Source of the DNA: Planctomycetota bacterium
Lineage (GTDB): Bacteria; Planctomycetota; UBA8108; SXIK01
Length of the DNA: 64,000 nucleotides
NCBI GenBank assembly: GCA_965223265.1
Contig: OZ244999.1
Span: 1,440,001-1,504,000 of the forward strand
Reading direction: 5' to 3'
In this document: piece by piece, positions 9,977-21,000 of the stretch
How the letters are laid out: each line of letters begins with the position of its first letter
Numbering within the stretch: position 1 is the stretch's first letter
Program-made: the position numbers and the translations under genes
Notes under the pieces: model-generated
Database searches by the model: none
Seen by the model: only the letters and a program-made list of their open reading frames with translations
Told to the model about the DNA's origin: nothing

Positions 9977-10296
9977 GTGGCAACCTCCGTAGCTGATGCC
10001 TGCCCGCTACGGCGCGGGTGAAGTCACCCGGCACCGAGCACGTAAGCCGGCCAAGTCCGTGCCGAGGCGATGGACAGCGACGCGCTCGATACCGCAAGAG
10101 GCTGCGGTATCTGCATTTCGGATTGAATGAATCCACCGGTCCGCCACGCGCTGGTGTGAACGAAGCGTTGCGAAGATACCCGAAGAGGTAGAAAAGGGGC
10201 GATCAAGGCGATCGATGCCGCGGATCTGCGTCGATGGTTGTCCTCGACGCACACACGGCCTCAAGCGATCCTTCGCTGCGCTCCCGTCGCTGCGCG

Positions 10297-11736
10297 TCAG
10301 TTGGTGGCCAGCTGCGCCTCGACCTGGGGAAAGCGTTCCAGCCACCAGGCCTTGAGGTCGGCGACCGCGTCAGCGGCGCTTCCCTCAACGTTGGGATCTT
10401 CGTCGATGGCTTGTCCGGCAACCTCCAGGGCGCGATCGATCTCAGCAAGAATGATTTCCAGACTGATTGGACCGGCGAGAAGTTGAGTCAGAATCTCACC
10501 GTACCGACCGCGCCAGTGTGTAAACAACACGTCGGTGTACTGCGTCGTCCCGCCGGGAACCGGGCCCGTGAACACGTCGAACTGCCGGTTCATCACGGTG
10601 TCCAAATCCCATGGCAAGTACGTCCGTCCGCCGCTCCAGTCGTAGAAGTAGTAGTTGTTGTCTTTCAAAAGCGGTGAGTCAGCGTTTCCCATGAGCGCGT
10701 TGACGCCACCGACGCGGAGCATCTGGTCGATGTTGAGGCGCTCGGGCAGCGTCGTCGCCAGTTCCTCGGCTGAAGGGACGGCGCAAGGGTTGTTGTCCCA
10801 GAAACAGAAGTAGTCGGCGAAGGGGTCGGGGATCATTTCGTTGGTCTTGAACCCGTCGCGCACGCCGCCGCTCTTTTTAAAGAGCCAGCCGCTGTCGTCT
10901 TCGAAGCGCGATCGGAGGAAGCGTTTGTCGACCTGCTCCACGTTGACGTACACTCCGATGAGCTCCTCGTTGACGTGCACGCGCACGAACGACACGCGTC
11001 CCGTGAACGCACCGGAGAGTACCATGAGCCGCCACGCCAAGTACTCGGTGACGAGATCGAGCGCAGAACCCGCGGTTGTACCGCCCTGACTGACACCGTT
11101 TTCGAGACTGAGTTTTTTCAAATCAGCGAAGGATTGACCTGCGACGTAGCGGTTGACGTCGACTTTCATTCCGACTTTGACGCTGCCGCCTGAGCGCTTG
11201 TGGCGGATCCCGACCGCGATCGAGTTGCCGCCGCCGCAGCGAAACTGAGCCGGGACGTAGACCGAAAACGTCGAGTCGGACTGAACCGTGTTCCAGTCCC
11301 CAGCTGACATGCTGAAGTGGTAGTCGACGATTTGGTCCGGATTGAAAACGCCGTCGCAGCCCAGCGCCGTGGAAAGCGTGTCTTCTCCTGCCGGTCCTAC
11401 TGGACACACCGCATGTGACACACAATCCAAATTGTCGCCCGTGAGGTCTTCCCCGCAGCTCGGGAATGGAGACGGCGGTTGGCTGCCGCGGGTGAAGAGG
11501 AAGTTCAGGCCGTAGACGGCGTCGCTGATATCTACGGCGCCGCTGTCGTTGAAGTCAGCGCCGTCCCTGCATTCGATCACCTGCTGCGTGAAGAGATCGA
11601 TGAGGATCTTGATCGCGTCGGAGATGTCGTGCTCCCCATCCTCGTTCGTATCACCTCGAATGAAGGGTGCTGCTTCGATGGCGTGCGACGTGAAGAATAG
11701 AGCGCAAAGGATGGTGAGAACGCGCGTGGATTTCAT
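10297..11736 (-). CDS. Secreted dockerin-like + CotH kinase-family protein
   Basis: Signal peptide MKSTRVLT..; FIRGDTNEDG..DISDAI dockerin; KKLSLEN, GVYVNVEQVDKRFL, NNYYFY..LPWDLD CotH motifs. Confidence 0.82.
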   Translation of the reverse strand: MKSTRVLTILCALFFTSHAIEAAPFIRGDTNEDGEHDISDAIKILIDLFTQQVIECRDGADFNDSGAVDISDAVYGLNFLFTRGSQPPSPFPSCGEDLTGDNLDCVSHAVCPVGPAGEDTLSTALGCDGVFNPDQIVDYHFSMSAGDWNTVQSDSTFSVYVPAQFRCGGGNSIAVGIRHKRSGGSVKVGMKVDVNRYVAGQSFADLKKLSLENGVSQGGTTAGSALDLVTEYLAWRLMVLSGAFTGRVSFVRVHVNEELIGVYVNVEQVDKRFLRSRFEDDSGWLFKKSGGVRDGFKTNEMIPDPFADYFCFWDNNPCAVPSAEELATTLPERLNIDQMLRVGGVNALMGNADSPLLKDNNYYFYDWSGGRTYLPWDLDTVMNRQFDVFTGPVPGGTTQYTDVLFTHWRGRYGEILTQLLAGPISLEIILAEIDRALEVAGQAIDEDPNVEGSAADAVADLKAWWLERFPQVEAQLATN

Positions 11737-12205
11737 CGCGGCAGGGCGGGATGGGCAGAATGGAGACCTTCGACCCCGCAATGCTATCACGTCGAGCTGT
11801 TTGTCTCTATCCCACGCATACGTCGCAACTTCGTTCGTGATCGATCATCGTCCTGGTGTGACCCCGACGGCGAGGGACTGATAGCGCGTGCCGATCTACG
11901 CAATGCGCCTGTTGACCCGCTTGAGCGCCACTGCCTAGAAAGCGACGAACCACCAAGGGAGGATCTCAGGCTCGCAGGGGAATGGAGTTTTCTCGCCGTC
12001 TATCGCGCGTTACGCTGAGCGTGATGATGGAGCGGCGGGGCACATCGACGCGTAGGCTCGAGGTCCGGCGCCCGACCGTCGTCGTAGCGAGATTGTGCGC
12101 TCACGGGGGACGTCGTCGCAGAGGGGTTTGGAGCGTTGCGACCGTTCGACGACGATGACCTGCAGCGCTTTCGCGTCTTCACCTGTCAGAAACAGCGGAA
12201 CGATC

Positions 12206-14631
12206 ATGTCTCAGAACTTCGTGACCCACTGCGTTTTCCTGACGCTAAGTCTTTCGTTTTCGACCGGAGTTCGAGCACTAGATCTCTACTACGACTTCGA
12301 GGGCGATAGCGGCACGACCGTCACGGATAAGCTGGTTGCAGATGGCGCTCAGAACGGCCAGATTTTTAACGAGGTTTCGTTTGCGACTCAAGGCGTTCCA
12401 TTCGGAACGCAAGCGGCCCGTTTCGCGCCAAGGCGCCAGCAACCTCGCAGTACGCTTGAGATTCCGGGGACAACAGAGCTCGGTTCAGCGTTCACGCTGG
12501 CGGTCAGTTTCGACACGACGGACACCGATTTCACCCGACTCTTCTCGAGCTTTCGCGGCAGCGGCGCCGTGGGGGTCGATCGCATCCTCGTCGATATGGA
12601 TGTGAGTGGCGCGATCGCTCGGGGGCTACGCGCGATCATCAACAACACCGTCGTCGAGACGAGTTCGGTTCCGGACGGTCTTGGCAATCCTGGCTATCGT
12701 CACGTCGCTGTGACGTATGATGATGGAGACGTGCGCCTTTACTTCAACGGCTCCGAAGTCGCCTCAGGATTCGTTGGCCCGGGTCCGCTGGTCACACAAA
12801 CGCACAATCTCCAGTTCGGTGAGGACCCACACGATGGTGGTGGAGCTGGCAATGAACAGTTTCACGGCAACATCGATGATCTTCTCTTCGCAGCCCGAGT
12901 GTTTTCGGCCGAAGACATCGCAACGATCGCATCGTCCGGTGTCGTCGGCAACGTCGCACCGGACGGAGCTCGACTCGTTCACTACGGCTTTGAGGGGGGC
13001 GCAATCGAGGATGGGTTCTTCATCGTCGACGGACCCCAGAACGGCATCGCGCACAATAGCGTCAGTATAGATACTGACGCGGCCAATGCAGCTTTCGGGA
13101 CAGGATCGCTGCGATTCGACGACGCGTCGGCTCCGCAACCGTTCAGCGTCATCGAGATCCCCGACACGAAGAATCTCGGCGCGGCATTCACCTTGGCGGT
13201 GAGTTTTGACACGACCGACACGGACTTCACGCGGCTCTTTTCGAGCTTCCGTGGCACAGGCGCGGTGGGTGTCGATCGCATGCTCGTCGACATGGACGTC
13301 ACAGGAGGTGTGATCCCCGGGATCAGAGTGATCATCAACAACACCGTGGTTCAAACCGCATCACCACCGGAGGGCCTCGGCAATCCGGGCTATCGCCATG
13401 TTGCCATCACCTATGACGACGGAGATGTGCGGCTTTACTTTAATGGTAGCGAGGTGGCATCCGGATTCGTGGGCACGCCGCTCGTGGTGCAAACGCACAA
13501 TCTTCAGTTTGGCGAAGACCCACATGATGGCGGCGGAACCGGCAATGAACAGTTCCACGGACATGTCGACGAACTTCTCGTCCTCGGACAAGTCCTTTCA
13601 GGTTCTGGCATCGCGACACTGGCGGCGTCGGGAGTGGCAGGGAACGTTACACCAGGCGACTCACTCGCGGTCTATTACGACTTCGAGGGCGGCGACACGA
13701 TCAGCGACCGATTCGTGAGCGACGGGGCGCAGAACGGAGTCATTCACAACAGCGTCCGATTCGACACGAATGCGGTGAACGCCGCGTTCGGAAGCGGTTC
13801 CGCGATACTCGACGATCCGGGGCCAACGATCCCCTTCAGCGTCATCGACGTTGGCCTTGTGGGCAACCTCGGCAGCGCTTTCACGATGGCGGCAACGGTG
13901 AACGTGCCGGGTGGTGGCTTCGGCACCGGGGGGCTGACCCGTCTCTTCAGCACGCACTCGGGTACTGGCAGTCCCGCCGGGCGTCTCATCTTCGATTTTG
14001 ATCCCAACGCCTCGGTCGTGGACATCGGGCTTCGTGTTATTCTTCCGGACGGCACCGTCGCTATCGCCGAGCAGCCATTTTCCACGGACGAGAATCACCA
14101 CCTCGCCGCAGTCTACGATCAGGGCGATCTGACGCTCTACCTCGATGGTGACGTGGTTGGGACAGGCAGCACGAGCGGTGACGTGGACTTGGGGCTTTTC
14201 CTCTCCGCATCGGAGAGGACCTCGATGGCATGCTAAACGAGAATTTTGTCGGCATCATGGACGATGTGATCGTGCTGAGCCGAGCGCTCAGCCAAGAGGA
14301 GGTCCAGCTGGCCAGCGACCAAGGATTCGCTGCAGCGTTGAGTGGCGGGCAATTGCCGGGAGACTGCAATCAAGATGGCGCGCGCGACATTTCAGATCCC
14401 GTCTGCCTCTTAGGCTTTCTTTTCACCGGCATACCGCCGTCGTTACCATGCGGCGACGGGGAAATCAACGCCGCGAACTTAACGCTGCTCGACCACAATG
14501 GCGACACTGGACTCGACATCTCGGATCCCGTCGCGCAGCTGGTTTTTCTCTTTGCTGAAGGTGGTCTGCCACCGGCCTCCGGTCTGGACTGCATTTCGAT
14601 CGCCGGTTGTCCAGCCAGTTGCATCCCGTAG
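12206..14631 (+). CDS. Secreted triple-LamG protein with C-terminal dockerin-like domain (frameshifted at ~14191-14199)
   Basis: Three YxFEG..QNG..AFT(L/M)A..H(V/L)A(V/I/A)xYD..LY(F/L)(N/D)G repeats in ORF 12095-14236. The third LamG continues in the -1 frame as FPLRIGEDLDGMLNENFVGIMDDV, followed by GDCNQDGARDISDPV dockerin (ORF 14230-14631). Confidence 0.8.
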
Positions 14632-15039
14632 AGCAAAGTTGGCCGCTTCGCCACGCCGGTGAGTGTCGATTTCTCAACGTTGACTGTGCTCCGTCATCAT
14701 ACTGTCGCGCACGCACCGATCTCACGCAACGACCCATAAGTCGATCCGTGCGATCTCAGAAACGTCTCGCCGCGCACCTGGAGTGGGAAAACTGCCGTCC
14801 GCAGCAACTCGGGGCGAACCGTTAGTTAAGACGGACGATCCAACCAAGATCGCTTCGCCGCCGAAGAGACTTAGATGCTGCGATCGAGTCTGGCCGACGA
14901 ATTTTACGTCGCGCTGCGGCAAGGCCTGCTTGGGCCGAATTCGCGGCTCAGTCCCTCCGCACGATCGGACGATAAGGTAAACGTGCGAGTCGCGGCGGGC
15001 TGCAACGTAGAGGGATACTATCTGCGTAGGGAGCTGCCG

Positions 15040-18000
15040 ATGGGCCGGGGATTCCGGGGGGTACTGTATACAGTTACTCTCATCCTTTTTTCGTCCCCGG
15101 CACTCGACGCGTTCACGATCACGCGGAACTCCGCATCGGTAGTCTACCTCGACACGGGTAAGAACCTTGCCGGGCACTACGCGGCTTATCAGATCACAAA
15201 CACTGGTGTCGCGCGCGACGACGTTTGGGTTGGCGTCGACTCGTTCGCGGGCGGCGTTGTCACGCTCGCCACAAACGAAGACGGCATCATCCAGCTCGGC
15301 GCGATGGCAAGCGGTGAGACGAAGACCGCATTCGTGTATCTCGTCGCTTCCGGTGCCACGACAACGGCACAGACGCACGTCGTCAGCGTTTACTCTTCCC
15401 GTCCGCCCGGAGTGGCTCTCGCGAGTCAGGGATTCTCGCTCACCTCAGCTTCGACCATCAGCGCGAACGCGAACAAGGTGTCGATTGTCGTCGCCGATCC
15501 GGACCCGGGAACGCTTGGCTCTCTGCTAACGATTCAGGTCACCGGTGCGACAGGTACCATCGGCGCCGCCAAGATCCTTTCGTTCAATCCGGCGTCGTTT
15601 CCGGACTGGCCCGCTGATGCCTACCGTCTTGAGACGACGTCGATCGTCTTTAGCGGCGGCAACACTGGGACGTTCACTGACACTTTGCTGATCCCGTCGG
15701 CAGGGCTCTCCACATCGAACACGGATTACGTCGCAACCTACACCTTTCGCGCTAGCCGCATCACAACGGGCGACACACCGGTCAGTCCGGTGGCTTACAT
15801 CAGCAGCGGCACGCAGGTGAAGCACACTTCGACGGGCAATTTCGCAGACTTGCCGCCTGTTCAACCTGCCACCAACGTGCTCACCATGTCGAAGTCGGCT
15901 GCACCGTCAGCGTTTGCCGCCGGAGGGACCGCGACGTACACCGTGACGGTCACGAACTCGGGCGCACTTGATTCCGTTGTGCAGGATTTTTCTGACACGC
16001 TCCCAACCTCCCCGGCGTCTGTCACGTATCAGACCGGGACGTCCACTTTCGCGGGGAGCGCGATTGGCGATCCGACGCAAGTCGGTTCAACACTCACCTG
16101 GGTGGGTGCGTTCTCGGTCCCCGCTGGTGGCACGGCGAGTCTCACCTATCAGGTGACGATCCCGTCGACGATCGGCACCTACACCAACTCCGTGGTCGGT
16201 CATATCGGCAGCGAGCAGATCGACGCCTCGCTCGACACGACAAACAGCGCGCCGGCGACGACACCGATCACTGTAGGCACAGACACCGACGGCGACACGA
16301 TCGAAGACGCGGTGGACCTTGACGACGACAACGATGGCATCCCCGACGCGACGGAGGGGACCGGGGACAGCGACGGCGATGGGATCGCCGATAGTCTGGA
16401 CCTCGACAGCGACGACGACGGCATCGTGGATCTGGTGGAAGCCGGAGGCGTCGACGCAGACGGTGACGGTCAGGTGGACGGTTTCACGGACATCAACGGC
16501 GATGGCCTCGACGACACCCTGGCGTCGTCGCCGCTGCCGGTGCCGAACAGCGACGGGGACGCGGTGGCGGACTACCTCGACGTGGACTCCGATGGCGACG
16601 GGATCGTCGACAACGTCGAGTCACACACGACGGCGGCGTACACTGCGCCGCTGGGCTCTGACACCGACGGCGACGGCCTCGACGACGCCTACGACACTGA
16701 CGACGGCGGCACGGCGATCGTGCTGGCGAACACAGACGGCGCGGGCAATCCGGACCACCTTGACACCGACACCGACGGCGACGGAGTGCCCGATGCGATC
16801 GAGGGGCACGACGCCGACATGGACGGAGCTGCGGACCGTACAGCTGCAGGCGCGGACGCGGATGGCGATGGTCTCGACGACAACTACGACACGGTGTCGG
16901 GTCCGGGTGTGGGTAACGAGACGGGCTCAAACGCAGATCTGCAAAACAGCGACGGAGCGGGCGAGCGCGACTGGCGCGACACCGACGACGACGAGGACGG
17001 CACGCCGACGTCAGGCGAGGACGGCAACTCCAACGGCAACTTCGCCGACGACGACGCCGACAGCGACGGCACTCCGGACTACCTCGACGCAACGGCTGGC
17101 GTGGAAGTCAACACGATCGCGGTGGATGAAAACGGTGGCGATCTGCAGCCGGGCGACGTGATCACGTACACGATCACGGTATCGAAACTCGGCACTTCCG
17201 ATGCGACCAACGCTCTCTTGCAGGCAGCGATCCCTTCGAACGCCAGCTACGTGTCAGGGTCCACGACGCTCAACGGAGCCTCGCTCTCGGACGTTGCCGG
17301 AACGTCTGCTCTCGTCGACGGCGCTGCGGTTAACTCGCCGGGAGATCCTAGCGGGACGATCAGTGGCGGCGACTCTGCGGTGCTCACCTTTCAAGTGGTC
17401 GTCGCTGCTGATGCCATCGCCGGGACACTGATCACCGCTCAAGCTTTCCTCGAGAGCGAGGACGCGGTGTCGGGTCCTTTGCCGACGGAGCCAAGCGACG
17501 ACCCGTCGACGAACGAGGACAACGATCCCACGACGCTGGTGGTCGGCAGCGCACCGGCCCTCGTCGCGATCAAGACTTCCGTCGACGACGACGGCGGCTC
17601 GTTGGAACCTGGCGACACGATCACGTACTCCATCGAAATACGAAACGAAGGCAGTTCTGACGCTAGCGATGTCGTCTTTGTCGACTCCGTGCCAAATCTA
17701 ACTTCCTACGTTTCTGCGTCGATCGTCGTCGACTCCGTTTCTTTGACTGACGCGGATGATAGCGATGTCGCAGACTTTGGAATCTCGAACGCGAACGCCG
17801 TCACGGTACGCGTTGCGTCAATCTCCAGTGGTGACAATGTGAACGTGACGTTTCGTGTCACTGTGAATGGAGCCGCGGCGGACGGCGCCGTCGTCAGCAA
17901 TCAAGGGGAGATTTCCTCCTCGGACGCGTCGAGCATCTCCACCGATGACAACGGCGATCCTTCCGACGGTGCAGCGCCGACCCGAATGGTTGTCGGCGCG

Positions 18001-21000
18001 GTACCCGCGCTGCGGTTGACGAAGCAGGCGACCGACCTCAATGGCGGTGAAGTGCAACCTGGCGACACGATCGAGTACCGCATCGAGATCGAGAACTTCG
18101 GCGCCGCAGATGCGGCAGGCATCGTTCTCACCGATCCTCTCAGCTCTCCCGATTTCTCATATGTCGCTGGATCGACGACGTTCGACGGTCAACCGCAGGC
18201 CGACGTGAGCGGACTTTCCCCACTCGTCGGTGGCCTGCCCATCGCGACACTAGCCGCGGGGAGTTCTGGTGTTGTGCGGTTGAGGGTGGTCGTCGACGGA
18301 TCTCTCGCGGCCGGCGCGACGATCGACAACCAAGCCGCGTTCACGGCGACAGGGGGGCTCGCCGGCGTTTCCGACTCGAGTCTTGATGACGGCAGCGAAA
18401 CCGGCAATGACGCCGGCGATGCCAACGACGACGATGTGACGCGCGTTCAAGTCGGCGGCGCGCCTGGCACCGGCGTCATCTCCGGGACAGTATTCCTCGA
18501 TGTCGACCACGACCGCACCGCCGACAGTGGCGAACCGCAGCTTACCGGCTGGATTGTCGAGCTCGTGTCTGCAAGCGGACAGGTGCTGGCTTCGGTGCCT
18601 AGCGACGCCGATGGGGCGTATCAATTCTTGAATGTTCCACCGGCACCCGACTATCAGATCCACTTTCGTCATCCGGAAACGAACGCGGTGTTCGGTGCTG
18701 CCTTGGCGGTCTCTGTTGACGGCGGCGCCTCGAGCGCGGAGGTTGACTTGCCACTCGATCCGAGCGGCGTTGTCTACGACGCCGTCACTCGAGATCCTGT
18801 TCCTGGCGCTATCGTCCGTCTCGAGGGACCGCTCGGTTTCGACCCGAGTATTCACGTCCTACCCGGACAACAAGGGCAAACGACGCCGAGTGACGGAATC
18901 TATCGCTTCGATCTTCTTCCAGGATTCCCTGCTGGAGAATACCAAATCGTCGTGGAACCTCCGACGGGCTATCTCTCAGCGTTTCCTTCGTCGCTCATTC
19001 CACCGCGCACCGACGCGCTCGACCCAACCGGTTTGAGCGATCCTCTTCTTGTCGTGCCGAGCGCTGCGCCGCCTACTGAAGCGCGGCTCGCAGCCATTGC
19101 TCCAAGCGAGCGGTCGAACCACGTGACTTACTACGTGCGCTTTGATCTCAGCACCGGGGATCCACAGGTTGTCAATAACCATGTGCCGCTCGACCCAGCT
19201 CTCTCAACGGCTCTTGTGGTGACGAAGACAACTCCGCTCGTCAACGTCAAGCGCGGTGATCTCGTGCCGTACACGATCGAGGTGACGAACACTGTGGCGT
19301 CGCCCGTCGTCGACGTGGACTTGCAGGATCGTCTCCCCCCGGGTTTCAAGTACGTCCGCAGCTCGGCGTCGCTCGACGGATCGCCTCTCGAGCCAGCGGC
19401 TGTTGGGCGCGACCTCAGCTGGACCGGATTGAGCTTCGCGGCGAACCAATCGAGGCAGCTGCGTCTCGTTCTCGTCGTTGGCGCGGGAGTGAGTGAGGGA
19501 AAATATGTCAACCTCGCGTGGGTGCTCGACGGAGTCACGGGACTCCCCCTTTCGAACGTCGGAGACGTGGCTGTTAACCTGGTCCCGGACCCCGTTTTCG
19601 ACTTCGCGGAGATCATAGGAAAGGTATTCGACGATCGTAACGGCGACGGCCAGCAGGATGATGGGGAGCCAGGCATCCCGGGCGTACGCATCGCCTCGGC
19701 GCGGGGGCTTCTGATCACGACCGACGAACACGGCCGCTACCACTTGACTGCAGCGCAGATTCCTCACGAGCTCCGAGGCTCGAACTTCATCTTGAAGTTG
19801 GATCCGCGCAGCCTGCCGTCAGGGTTCCGAATGACAACCGAGAATCCCCGGGTTGTCAGGTTGACGCGGGGAAAGGTGACGAAGGCAAACTTCGGCGTCA
19901 GTCTATCGCGTGTTGTCAGTGTCGAGTTGACGCGTGAAGCTTTCGAACCGAATGAGGCTCGACTCGCTGAGCGCTGGACGGCTCAACTTCGGAATCTCGT
20001 GAAGACGCTCGCGGGTGCACCATCTGTTCTGCGAGTGGCGTACCGGGCGGCGCATGGTGAGACGCGCGCGGAGGTCGAACGTCGACTCGATGATTTCGCC
20101 GCGCGAGTGCATCGGCTTTGGGAAGCAGAGGGGGATCTTCCGACCCTGAGCATCGAAGAGAAGATCGTTTGGGTCGCGTCTACGCCCGCCGCGCAGGAGG
20201 CTCGCATGACGGCAGACGCCACCTCTGCCAGGGACGAAGACTCAGCCGCGACCGGCGTCGATTCCTTGCGCTCGAAATCCGACGAGGGATCGTCGGGCTT
20301 AGAGGGAGGGCGTTCTGGGGAGGGCGATGCCTCAACGGATAGTGAAGAGGATAGTCGCAGTGTTTTGGCTCCGCCACCGTCGTCAATACCACCACCACTG
20401 CCGGATGGAGCGGGAGAGGAGACGAGTCGCGCACCGCAGCTGGATGCCGTCCTGGAGGAGCCCGACGAACCACGAGCAGCGAAGCTGCGCGGCAAGCAGC
20501 TCGACTCGAGCCGGGTGGTGCGTCGCTCCCCCGCGCTCAACACGGAGGACGCTGCGCCGCGCGCCGACGGGGCGACAACGTCCGCCACACCGTTTCGCGT
20601 CAGCGTCGAGGGTTTCGGCGACGAGCCGGCTTCGCCTGGTGACAAGGATCGCGAGGCCGACCGTGCGTTCGCCGAAAGTGGCGTCCAGATGCGCTACGAC
20701 TCTCTCGTCGCCGAGCGCATCTTGAACGTGACTCCGTGGCCGGATGCCGGTGTGATCGGCCAGACCGTGAGTTTCCAAGCTTTCTCGAACTACGCTCACT
20801 TCATCGAGCGCGGCGAGGTACGCATCTTTCGACCCGGTATCTCTCCACAGGGAAAACCAGTGGCCGTCCTGCCTCTGGACGCGACGTGGAAGGCCGAATG
20901 GATCCCTCAGCCGATCGATGATATGGAGGTGAATTTCGTCGTCAGGGTCTATGACGAAGCGGGGCGATACGATGAGACGGTGCCGCGTCGGTTGCCGCTG

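Noticed and set aside
9980-10290. Possible riboswitch upstream of the protease (hairpin GATACCGCA..TGCGGTATC)
   Set aside because: No match to c-di-GMP, c-di-AMP, cobalamin or TPP consensus that I can recognise.
12480-13570. Long internal DNA duplication, possible DGR template/variable repeat
   Set aside because: Both copies are in-frame LamG domains with mainly synonymous differences; no adenine-specific pattern and no RT nearby.
14948-14975. Sigma28-like promoter (TCAG-N16-GACGATAA) before the giant adhesin
   Set aside because: Single imperfect match; not distinguishable from chance.
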